From Fimicolochytrium jonesii (taxonomy: Eukaryota): a stretch of 64,000 nt of DNA. Position 1 is the first letter of the stretch; every line of letters starts with the position of its first letter. Shown in pieces: positions 44,534 to 56,407 of the stretch. The notes beneath the pieces are model-generated. The model did no database searches. It was not told the DNA's origin and saw only the letters and a list, made by a program, of their open reading frames with translations. Made by a program: the position numbers and the translations under genes. The stretch lies in contig NW_026515678.1 of assembly GCF_025526975.1 (NCBI RefSeq), positions 186,001-250,000 of the forward strand. Direction: 5' to 3'.

Positions 44534-47500
44534 CTAAATCACTTTCCTCTCCCGGAACAACCATCGCTCGGACCCGCACATGTGCTGGAGATCGGAGCAT
44601 GGAAGGTTGTGTTTGTTCCTATGCGCGTCCACTATGACGTACAGGGTGTCGCGGGTGCGTTTATCTTTGGTCATGTCGAATAGAATGTTCTTGCGATCGT
44701 CCGTGTTGAACATCGGTTCGCCATTGATGATTTGTAGGACCGTCAAGACACTTTCGTCTGAAGGCGGGCTTATGGGTGCTCCAACCATCAAACGCGGGAT
44801 GAAGATAGAGGACTTGCTACGACGCGTGTCCCAGTAATATCGCAACTGCGACAAATTCACCAGAGTCGTTCCGAACTTCATGGTGGTGTGCAATAGAAAT
44901 CGTCGCAAAATGCCATCAGCTTCCATGTCAGACAGTAACAAAACATCGCCGGATCGGAAAAGAAGGATCAAATCAACTGGTCGGAGGTAGTCCGCAGAGG
45001 TAGTTCCGTCGATGGGTTGCACGGTCGTGTAAAAGTTTTCGGTGGCATAAATCCGCTTTCCTGCTTGCGAGTGCCAAATCCCTTGAGCAGCGTCTTTCGG
45101 CACAAGGGCAGATGCCATTACTTGGGTCAAAGGTTCGATATGAACCGCGCCTCGCAAGTCATCCACAGTCTGAGCTTTGTTGGCCGCTGATGCGTAATCC
45201 CAGGCCTTCTCCAGTCGCGGCTCTCGCGGAGAAATCTGCCGTTCAACCTCCTCTTCGGCTTCCTCCTCAACCTGCAGCTCCCTTTCACATTCCTCATCGC
45301 ACTCGGAGACCCGAATCAGCGTTTCCGATCCGTACTTCGTACACCGGCCACAAATGTCGTCGACATACGGGTACGATCCATTGAGCAAGGGCCTCGCTCG
45401 CTCACGTACGACGGTAGCCAGCGAATCGTGCTCGATGGGATTCTTGTACAATGTTTCGAGCGTCCAGTCCTCGTCCAGGGCATTCTTGGATATGCCCCCG
45501 TGGATATGCCCCAGTATCAATCAGCGCGTTGTGTTTGCTCTCGACAGTAAAGTTCAGAAGAGTTTTCCAAAATGCTTCCTCTCCTCGAAGTGTCTCGTAG
45601 CGTAGAGTGTGGTTGATGATGCAATCGAGCATACGCCCATCAGTTGATTTCAGTACCTCAGGCTCGTTTTGCTCCACTTGCAGTGGCAGCAGACGGTAGT
45701 TGTCCTTCGTTCCGCTGAATCCATTTGCATCCCCAGCGCTGGCCAGGTCCCACGACGTTGCGACAATGCGCTTCGGGTACTGTTGTGTATCCGCTTGCAA
45801 GATGACGCTATTTAACCAGAAATTGATACATTCCATAGAACGGCTGAACACGCGAACCATTAGTTCCATTTGATTTGCGTTTGACTGATCGATTTTGGCC
45901 ACGTCGTCAATCATCTTCCTCTCGTCCGGTGATAGGCCCGGCCAGACCGGATCCAACCATCTTTTGTATTCCGCGATCTGCGCAGGGCCCCCCAGACTCA
46001 GAAGCACCTGGATGGCACTCGTGACGGCCTCGCGACTAATGCCATCGTAGTAGTACGCCAGAACTGTTGTCAAAATGCCCAAATCTGGATGACTGAACTC
46101 GCTTCGCGTTGACGGAACATCAGCGGCACGGAACGGAACGGCAAGCCTTTTGTCTCGCTCGTGCACACGGTCGATCCCGTAGTTAACTCGATTGCGCCGC
46201 TCGAGTGCGAATTCCAGCAGTCCATATCCGAGCAGACCACGTAGCGCATGCAGACATGCCTTTTCCGCATCTTCCTCCATGTCTTCGGGAGGGTCGATAC
46301 TGCTATCCGAGTTGATAATGGCGGCTATGAGTGCTTCCCGATGAGCAGTACTTTTCTTTGCATACAAGGAGATCCCTACGAGGCCCTCATGTTTGTCATC
46401 GAGAATCGATTCAACGATGGCCCGGCGAAATTGACGCAAAACGGAGATATCGATGGCTTCTCGTTCGCACAAACGGAATCCTTTCCACTCGTAAAGACGG
46501 CTGCTATCATCGGCAACCGCCACGCCAAGCTCAAATAACCGCGCAGTAGCAGTCTTGCTGGTATTCACGATCCGCAGCAACGTTTGAGCGACGATCGCTC
46601 TCTCATACCACCGTTCGAGAGAGGCCGCGTCCCCAACAGCGTAGATCAACTGATACTTATGGCTTAACAACGCGTCGCTTTCGTCAAAGATGTCCTTGAA
46701 CCGAACCTCCGACAAGAAAGCCGCCAAGTGTTCGTGGGAGGTCCCTTGCAATCTCAACTCTTGGCATTTCAACTCCAATGAGAGCCTATGTTCCGGAGAT
46801 ACCAGCACGCATCCGCGAGGTCGCTCTGCAAACTTGCGCAACACTTGCACACGAGATTCTGTCAGTTCCACCCTCCGGTCGAAAGGTTGCTCTTCGATAC
46901 GCACACCCAAAACGCTTGCGGTGAGATTGCGATGTAAGAAATCCATCGCCTCACGATAAAGCGGCGTGAGGACATGTACGCGCGGTTTAACTGGCTTCTT
47001 GCGACTCGAGGCTTCCTCTGCTTCGGTGATGTAATGCAGAATGAGGAGAGGTAGGATGACTCGTGTCTTTCCCAGGCCCATGTTCAACTGGGTGATGAAA
47101 CCCGCGTTTTCGATCTGATGCCGGGCAACGACATACTGAATGGGCCTGATCGAAATGCGGCCTTCTACCTCAAACACGAGCCATCTCGGATGCTCCTTCG
47201 TGCTCCATTCCCTTTTTTGCTGCAATTCGAGAACGAGCTGCGCCTCGTTGCCAAGCGTGAGTGCAATGCGACTGAGGCGATCCTCCAATTCGCAGAGCTC
47301 TAGGAACCAGATCACTCTTTCCCAGAGCTCGTCGCGGCATTTAGCGGTGAAATAAGGGTTCAGTTGCGGTAGGATCGTGCGATCAAAGGCGACGCGCAAG
47401 AGGTCGGCTACACCCCCAAAGGCAGGCGGTTGGCTGCCTTTAGTAGTTGCACGCGGTGGTCCACGCCCGCAGGAACCGCCTCGATACATTCGAAAAGATG

Positions 47501-50500
47501 GATCTCCAGCTTCTTTCTGTGGCTCGTCACCTCCGCATGCAAGCGCTCCACCATCAGCTCCAACTTGTGACCTTCACACTTCAACGTCGGGACTGCCTCA
47601 CTGTGGTGCTGATCAAAACTTTGCTTCAACTCGTTTATCATTTCGGCCTCGAGTCTGATGGCATTGTCATTGAGTGTGAGCGGAAATGATGTTGTGTTGG
47701 CGGATTTGTTTCTGAGGAAAACCTTGTCCTCCAATTCACTTTCGATTTGACGACCGACAGAACGATCATATGGACAAGGTGGGAGTTCCGTGGTCACATG
47801 CATCCGGCCGACCTGATGGGGAAAGCGGCGACGAGGTGGGCCGCCGAGATGCGCCCGAGTTTCCTCCACCGTAAGGCATCGTCGGAGAGTGTTGACCTCC
47901 TCCCCATCCGCCCCCATCATTCGATACTCGGTGACAGCGGCCGCGATCCAGTCCGCGTACAAGCCCGTCCCGGTAACGTCTTGCGCAGCACCGTCGTGAA
48001 GAAAAGCCAACTGCCGAGATTCGTATTCCAACTTGTGACAGAGGATGGCCAGGCCAGGCTCCCGCGCAGCGTACTTCTGCAGGAGATTCAACTTGGCCTG
48101 CTCGGCGGGTGATAAAACTCGAGTAACCCAGCTCTGCCTGACAAGTTCCATAGCTTTCTCGGAAGCCGTCATAGAAAGCTGCCGATCCGGCAGTCGGGTC
48201 CCCGTTGCCGCAAATATGGCCGCAAGGTGTAGCCTTGAAACGATCGATTTGGCAACGAAACAATCCAAGCGGGGATGTTTGTCATATGCAAAGTACTCGA
48301 GTTTCGCATTAGCGTCCGATGGCAATAGAACCGAAGTAGCGCACCCGTTGATGACAACGTCGCCGTCGGGCACAAGCAGTTTGACCGGCGCCGCAGCAAA
48401 ATCATCATTGGTGATTTGCTCCAAGACCAAATAGTGACTGAAAAACGGTAACGTGTCTGGGAGCTGCTGTGTGGCGGCCAGTTTGTAGCCCATATGCTCT
48501 ACGCTAGTCAGATTATCCCCTTCGCTCCGAAACATGAGCTTGAAGCGGGGTAGGTGAAACATCACCTGCTCACGTCCATCCCTCGCGATCTTCAGGCAAT
48601 GAATGTACTGCTTGTCCTCGAATTTCGCAAGCGCTCGTGTAACATCGCAAGCAGTAGCGTCCGCAATATGTACGAAGCGTGGGAAACTTTGACGACGGCT
48701 ACGTAAAGACTCGAACGGCAGGTTCCGATCGGATAACGGGACTTGGAAGCAGGCACTTTGAGCGCCGGCGCGGAGGATGAAGAAGTCGATGTTTCTCTTG
48801 TTGAAAACTAAGTCACGGAAGACGACGGAGGAGCCGTCGGCGGACATCCAGTGACTGTGCATTTCCTTTAGTCGGCGAGGGATGCCTTCAAACCACGGAG
48901 TAGCACCTTTCCCGAATTCGATAAGTTCGCGAGTAGTTTGGTCCGTATCGTCGAGCTCTCGAATCACAACGCGACCGTTGTCGGGCCGAATGCAAAATTG
49001 ATAATAGAACCGGTCTTCGAACTTCCTGGTGGTTTGATATGTTCCTCGGCGATTCAGCGTAACTTCGAAATCACGGTCTCCGTAGGTGCGCTGGTAAATG
49101 GCGGAGCCGAGGATCTGCTGCGGCAGCCGTCCCGGCGGGGAGCCGTTCCACAAGGCAGCGCCGCTCAGGACGTTGATGAAGAAATGTTCATCGTTTGCTG
49201 TGGCTTCGAAGCAAAACGTAGCCTCCCCCGAGTTGGACACGTACGGCCGCCAATCCAGATGCAAGGGAGTGTGTTCGACAACTCCACGCATTGCGTCCGT
49301 CAAGGCTTGTGAATTGCGCTTGAGTGTTTTGAGTATGTCTCGAGTCTGGTAGCCCATGACGTGCGAAACGACCACCTGCAGCTTGGTGATCTCGTCTTTC
49401 AATTCGTGGTCGGAGACTGAACCGTTACCGGCCAAAGGCCCCTTGTTTCCTGCGTCCTCATCGCTTGTGATCTCGAGGTCGTCTTTGCCGTATGCGAGAC
49501 CATAGTTGAACAGTACAGTGAGCTTACAGAGCACAGCTGCATCGCGATCAGTTATGATCGTAAAGGGAGAATACAAAGCGACACCGTAGCCATCGAACAG
49601 GCATGCCTTCGCCTTCAGCCGCAACACTTGTATCGAGTCAGGTTTGAATTTTTCAACTCCTGCCGAATAGCATCAGCCCAGGATATTGCAATGGACGCAA
49701 TGTCTCGGACAAGAGCCATGGAATCCTCATCGACTTGAGCTATATGGGCGGCGATGTGACCCAATAGCGGGATGGACTTATGATCGCGAGGCTTCTCTCG
49801 CAGCTGCGAAGCCCACTCAGCAAGGACAGCCCGCATAGATTGTGCTCCGTCGTTTTTGATGTCCAGGTGCCACTCCAAGTCCAGCTTGTCAACTCGCTTT
49901 GCGTCGTCGCAAAAGGTCCCAAGTTGATAGAGCGCTATGCGTACGGCGATATCCGTAACCGGCCGGATGAGCCGCGACTAGCTTCCCGTCTTGAAGGGGC
50001 GACAGAAGGGTTCGGAACTGCCGGTGTGGGAATGACCGCGAAGACGCAAGGGCCAGATATTCCAACTTGTTCATGGGACTCGACACATGAAAGGTTTTCG
50101 GCAGGTCAGATAGGGCGCTGAAGACAGCGTTGCCGCGAGTGGTCTCCTTCGTGACAGCGGGGTGGTCGACCATCCACTGGAAGCACCCAAATGCTTCTGG
50201 AACCTTCTCAGTGTATAATTTCCGAGCAACTTCGATGTTCAGTGACCACGCGTTGAGTTGCGATTCCAATCCCACTTGATCCACATAAGACGAAGGATGC
50301 CACATGCCATCATTCGAAGAGTGTATGTAGTCAACGTTCGTGGAACCATAGGACGTTGGGATGGTCAGGCCCACGGCGTAATGCAGGAAGTGGCGGTGGG
50401 CCACGTTTCCAGCCTGTGAATGCGCGTTGTAGTGTTCGACCCACGTAGGACCACCAGGCTTGTTCATCCGGAAGCTGGAATGGAGTAACTCTTGCGCATC

Positions 50501-52848
50501 GGTGCCCAGCCGAGACATAACGTCGAGCTCTGGAGGCATGTCGAAGAAGAACATCGGCACGCTAGCAAGCGGAAATTCCCTCGGCAGCGGGTTGACGACG
50601 TAAGGGGGCGACTTCTTGGCGTTCTCTATACGCTTTTCGAAGCTGGAAAGGCTCCCGCGGGCGTTACTTGTCCGGGTACGTGCTCGCTGCCATTCGTTGT
50701 GGAGGTAGTTTCTGAAGGTCCCGCGCGGCTCGATGTCGTATTTATCTCTGGCTCTCTTCTCATCGGACAGAGACGCTTGCACGGCTTGCTCATACTCTGG
50801 CAGACATGCACGTAATTTGGCAACTTCCTTCTTTTTCGCTTGTACCTCGTCCCACCAGACATCGGCCCTATGCGACGCATCGGCAACTTCTTTCTCCCAT
50901 CGCGTCTTGATGTTTATGTCAGACTGCGCGTACTTTTCGGCGAAGTCGAAGGTCCCAGCTTGATCTTGCAGGGAAAACAACGGTTTCCCGTGGCTCGAGT
51001 TGACTTTGCGAATGTACTGTCCGACTTCCCGTGCTGCTTGGCTAGCATCTGCGTCGTCGAGGACAAGGACACTCAGCGCGGTCCATTCCAATGGCGTGGT
51101 GTATCCCTGCATCAATTGATACTTCATGGCGTTCGTTTTGTGAACAACACAATACGCGATCCACGTAGCGAGAAGACGCTTGCTGCGCTGCGTTGCCATC
51201 ATCAGATGCTTGGCCTTGCCACTTCTGTTGTCCATCCACTCTTTGTAGAGTGACGAATAAAGATCGGTCAACTCGCTCACTTTCTTGACGCTGCCGATGA
51301 GATCCGACGCCGGGTTGTTCAACTTGGTTGCTATGTCGTAAAAGACAGAATTGGCGACCGCGAGCGCAAGGAGAAGGATATCCGGGCGGTTGACGGCAAC
51401 GGCTTCCTTTCTGCGACTCTGGAGCCAAAGCAAAACCTCCTCGATACGATCGCTCGTTGCAACCGGGGGAACAGGGATCCATCCGCTATTGTTGACAGCC
51501 TGCTGCCGGAAAAGCGAAAGGGCCCTCTCACCGGGGCAAGTCTCTTGGAATGCACCGGGGATGAAGGGTAGTTCGGGCCAGCGTGCCTGAGAGGCGGAAA
51601 TGTCCGTGACGCGATAGGCAGCGCTTTCTTTCGAACAGATGCCTTGAACGATTCCGTCGAGTGCGTTTCGAGCGGCCACGACTCTTCCAGTGATCCGCGA
51701 GATGTCGTAACCGGCCGAATCGAACTTCAAAGCAGCTCGACTGATGTCATCGATCATGGCAAATACTTCATCGATGTCATCTTGCGCATACTGGGCGGGC
51801 CTCAATTGCAAACTCAACTCGAGCAGGAAAAGCTTGAAGTTCACGAGGGATTTCTCAAGAAGGGCGTCGTCCCCTAGGAAGAATTCGGCGACACGCAGCA
51901 ATAAAGGCCAAGCGGTGTCTCTTGGCTGACCCCGCGTGTGAAGGCCCACCTCCGTCATTCCCCCGAAAGACACGTATTGGGAGCTGGAGACTTCTTCGGG
52001 TTTGGCGGCTCTGGCGGCTTGGACGGCTTGTCGAAATACAGCGTGAATGAAAGCGGGGGTTCTCTGATGACCTTGGTTACCGGATGCAGCTGAGCGCTTC
52101 TCCGCAGTTTTGCGTTGGGCTTTATCAAGCAGCACGCCGAATATGGCAAGAGTTTCATTGAGATCAGACTTGGAATGCACGCCTAAATCGAGGTGCGCGG
52201 CCGTTCTCGGGGCCGAGCTGATTTTGAAACTTCCGGAGCTTCCAGTTTGACCTCGAGACATTGCAAACTCCCAAGAATCCAGGCCGCATAAGGACACTCT
52301 CTCGTCCTGAGGGTTCATGTCCAGTGGAACTCCTACGATGGCACAGCCGTATGTCGGAAGCCACTTGTGAACTTTGCCCACTTTGGGCAGGACACCCATA
52401 AGCGCCCCAGCCATTATCACAAGATGACCGACCTCGTCTCTCTGGAGAACTGAAGTGTCGCGACAGACCGGTTTATCGTTCAAGATTTCAGGAACTGGCG
52501 GGGTCAGCGGAGCCCCGTCCGTCCCGCTTCGTGTGCTGCCTTGCGCGTTCCAATGCAGTACGAAAGCACCGAAAGTACGAAGGTGCTTCTGAATGCTCTC
52601 TTCTGACTGATCATTCGTGCGCGAGACATGGCGGAAGCTTGCCGCGAAGACGGCTTTGGAGCACTTGTCAACGTCAGCCCATTTGACAGGTGGGACCTGG
52701 AAAAGATGGCAATTGCGGGGAGAGGCATGAGTGTCTAACATTCCGAGCGTTTGGAATGGATTGGCCCAGCTCTTACGTCCTTCCCATCTTCCATCTTCAG
52801 ACCGTTGGTGAAGCACCCCTTGGTCACCACGGGCGCAATTCCCAGCAT
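44534..52848 (-). pseudogene. Giant DUF3638/DUF3645 P-loop (helicase-like) protein gene, disrupted
   Basis: PRWLVFEVEGRISIRPIQ, QLNMGLGKTRVI (Walker A-like), DIFDESD (Walker B-like), LSHKYQLIYAVG and RLAVPFRAADVPSTRSEFSHPD (DUF3645). One 5' intron at 52697-52776. Frameshifts near 49959, 49645 and 47415, and a break at 45487-45512. TATAAAAG at about 53040-53047 on the minus strand. Confidence 0.85.
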
Positions 52849-54610
52849 CTTGACTGGAGCTGTCGAAAGTTCACTAGAGTCCTCGGGGAATGCGCGTGGG
52901 CAGGAATGCTTCAGGGGAATGACCCACTATGTCAACCTTCGAGCTGACAGATAGAGGGCACTGCTAGAAAAGCTTGAGGCAGCGGCTTGGTCGTCGTCGC
53001 AGCTAGTTGCCTGTGAAAGGGGGGTTGGTTGCAGGTCCTCTTTTATATGCATGTCCCAGCCAGAAACCGCCCATCCCGTCAGTCGGAGTCTGTACAAAGC
53101 ACATGCAAAGCGCGCGCGTCTCCGACTTGAAATCGCAGGGTTAGGGTTACGACCTCTTATCGATCCCGGCGGATATCTAGCGTAGAATACAGCACCTGTG
53201 GGACCTCAAAGGGTGGACCCGTTGGACCTCGTTGAGAGGCATGTGTAAACGGTGGAACCAGCATGTTGCCATTGCGGAAGGGATTTCGGATGTTGTGAGA
53301 GGCGTTACTTGGTTACGGCAGACGAGGTTTGCAAACTCTGCCAGCAAATCAAACTTGCATCTATCATCAGCAGTGAAACCCAGGATTGGCTGATTTGATG
53401 CCAAGTTAAGGGTGTCGCTGCGTCCAGAGGAGCTCATAGTCAACCCAAGGAGCCTCAGTTTTATCGAATAGCCGCACCTGTCCCATCCTTCATGGTCCGT
53501 CATACCGTAGCAGTAACGATCCATGCATGAGATGATGAGAATACTTTTCGGGAATCAGAGTAAACTATCCGAGGCGAAAGTCGCGACGGCGAAAGACGCC
53601 GACGGATCTATGACGGATCTGTGGAGGAGAATGAACCCTGCTTATATCATATTGACATGGTAAATTGCAATTGGAATGGTCAAAGGCGATAAAAAAGCGT
53701 CTCGGCGAGGTGGAAGGAAAGGAGGAGGGTGTTCCTGTGATGCACCACGCAGGACATCAGTTCCAATGCTCTAGGGTTTAAATTAGGCGTCTGCCACTGT
53801 GAAGCGGAAACCACCGGAGCTACGGCAAGGTACCCCGCGCACGGTCCGGACCCTTCGCATGCGATTTGTTGTGATTCGTGCGTTCGGCTAAACATGCAGC
53901 AGCGACGCTAGGAGAGGACAGATTGGGTCAGTCTGGTGGCAGCGGCTATGCAAAGACTAGGCGGCAGCGAAGCGTTGAGGAGTGACACCCCAATGCCCAC
54001 GCCGTCGCGCGACTGGGACCGTTTCTTGTGAGTGAGCGGTGTGAGCAAAAGAGGACGAGCCAGTTTTGGAATGAAAGTCTGGTCAGTTTGTACGGAATAC
54101 AAGTCAAATCAACAAAGCCCGATGTGGAAACGGCGCTCACGGCCAGAGAATGTTTCGAAGAACGAGTGCAGACTCGGTCGACCACCTTGCCAGGGATAAG
54201 ACACTCAGTCGGACCTTACTCCCGCATGAAGATTTCTTGCATGCATTGAAAGCCCCGGGTACGTCAGCGGGGGTACCTCATGAAAAGAATTCGATGAGGG
54301 ATGTCGCACATCGGTCGTGGGAACAGTCGGAGTCTCAGCGACAGACGCCCATGATGGCTCACGCGTCTTTGTGCTGTCGGTTTCCTCGTGGACGTTCCTC
54401 ATGGGCGTTCCCCACAACTTCCACAAGTTGCTGCTTTCCTCGTAAGACGTGAGGCCGCGCCAAGCCTTTCGAACTCCCTGTTCCCACGAGTCCAACCCCA
54501 TCATCTATAAAAGCAACTCACACCCAACCCTCCCGATGTGCGTCTAGCTCACCATACAGAACATACCCTACGAAGTAGCAATACATACTGTACTACCATT
54601 ATACACAACA

Positions 54611-55985
54611 ATGGTCTCCTGCTTCACCCTTTTCGGTTCCAAACTGAGCCTCGGAGGCGCCCAGGAACACTACACGCCGCTGGAGGCCCGTGTCCCGCTC
54701 AAAGGGTTGAGGAACGTCACCTTCGTTGAGGAGACTGAGGAAGGGAACGTGCACTGGGATGGACACGTTGCGCCAGAGTTGAGGGCTGTGAGGGTGAGGA
54801 CTAATGGCACTGGTGAGTACCGCAAGCGATTGCGACGCTCATCCGTCAACACTGCCTACCAGTCTCTCACCCAACCACTCTTTCTATATAGGAACCGACG
54901 TGAGGGTGACGACAGAAGTCAGTGGTCCCGCGGACGTTATTCGCAAATTCACTGCAACGATCGACACTGAGAAAGACACCCTCACCGCCAAACTCCGCAT
55001 TCCTAATCGTCTCGAAGCAAAAGATAATGTCTCCTTCATCACCACCATCACATACCCGGCTTACACGCAGGAAGACCTCCCGCCGTTGGGTATCTCGACG
55101 ATTCTGAGCAATGTGTATCTGAATGATAACGAGCCCTGGTCATTCGCTTCGGTTTCGGTGGCGACAAAGTCGGGGGATATCACATCCACGGCGCCTTTGA
55201 CTGTTCGCAAGAACGTTGATCTGTCGAGCAGTTCTGGAAAAATCGATGTTTCGGGCACGTGGACGGTGGAAGGTGATGCAAGGTTCACGTCTACATCCGG
55301 CAACATTTCAATCTCCGCGCCCTTGTCCGTCAAGGGCAGCGCTCGGTTCAACACGACGTCTGGTACGATCAAGAGCACCGCGTTGATCCGCGCTCTCGAC
55401 GATCTCACCTTCAACACCACGTCGGGAGGCGTGTACACAAAACCCGCCCTCTACGCCGGCCGGTTAACGACAAGAACCACGTCAGGCAACATCGAACACT
55501 TCCACACCGATGCCGCAACTGACGCGCATCTTTCATCCAAATCCGGCAAGATAGCAGCCTTGTATATCGCAGTTGGACAAGGGAAGGGGAAATCGGACGG
55601 CAGTATCAACACCACCCTCCTCGAAGCACAAACGACGAGCGGGAATATTGTGCTCGCCGGTGTTGTCGCTGCCGGGTCCGGGTCCACGAGGGTGACGGCC
55701 AACTCGACCTCGGGGAGTATTTGGGCTGGATTGGACGATCAGACTTTTGGGTCGGTGCATCTGTCGACTACGTCTGGTAGTCGCACGTTGGGGAGTGGGA
55801 TTGTGCCCGGGCCTGCAGGCAGGCGAGAGACGACGGGGATCATCAATGGCGGCGTGCATCCTGCTGGGTTGACTGCCAAATCGACGTCGGGGAGCATTCA
55901 GGCGATGGCGGAGACGGTGTCGAAGGAGCACTTCACGATGCCGCCCGGGATTAAATTTGGGATCCCCACCTTTGGACTTTTCTAG
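54611..55985 (+). CDS. DUF4097 / putative adhesin beta-strand-repeat protein (intron 54813-54891)
   Basis: About 10 (T/S)(T/K/S)SGx(I/V) repeats (TKSGDI, SSSGKI, STSGNI, TTSGTI, TTSGGV...). TATAAAA at 54506. Confidence 0.85.
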
Positions 55986-56407
55986 TTGGTTGTGGATGAG
56001 AGAGTATTGGATAGACGTATGGGTTTCTTTTTTCCGCAACGGCCTATCTGAGTAGATAGACCGGCCTGCGACCCCGTATGTACAGTACTGTACATAGCTT
56101 TTGGAGTGCATCACTCTGTACATAGTCCAAAATCCATTGGCATCCAACATGTGTTCCTCTCAGCGTCTGGTAGGTTGGAGTGGATTTGGAGAACGGAAGG
56201 AGTGTGCGATGTGTGTTGTGCGGAGGGCTGCCGTGACTCATCAGGAGCGTCACGTCGGCGGTCACTTCGATCCGCCCCTTCCCGTTCAAACCCATCAAGC
56301 AGCCCTCCTCCACCATCCACGCAAGCTGTGAGACTGGACTTCAAACACCCGCCCCGCTGGCAGGGCACCCCCAGTACAATATCCACGCGGGTAAAACTCC
56401 CTGAACG

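Noticed and set aside
47408..47420. Programmed ribosomal frameshifting in the DUF3638 gene
   Set aside because: The shifts go in different directions and come with an apparent deletion. Decay or assembly error is simpler.
53137..53149. Telomere-like AGGGTTAGGGTTA
   Set aside because: Only two units. It may be a telo-box promoter motif but is not evidence of a telomere or fusion.
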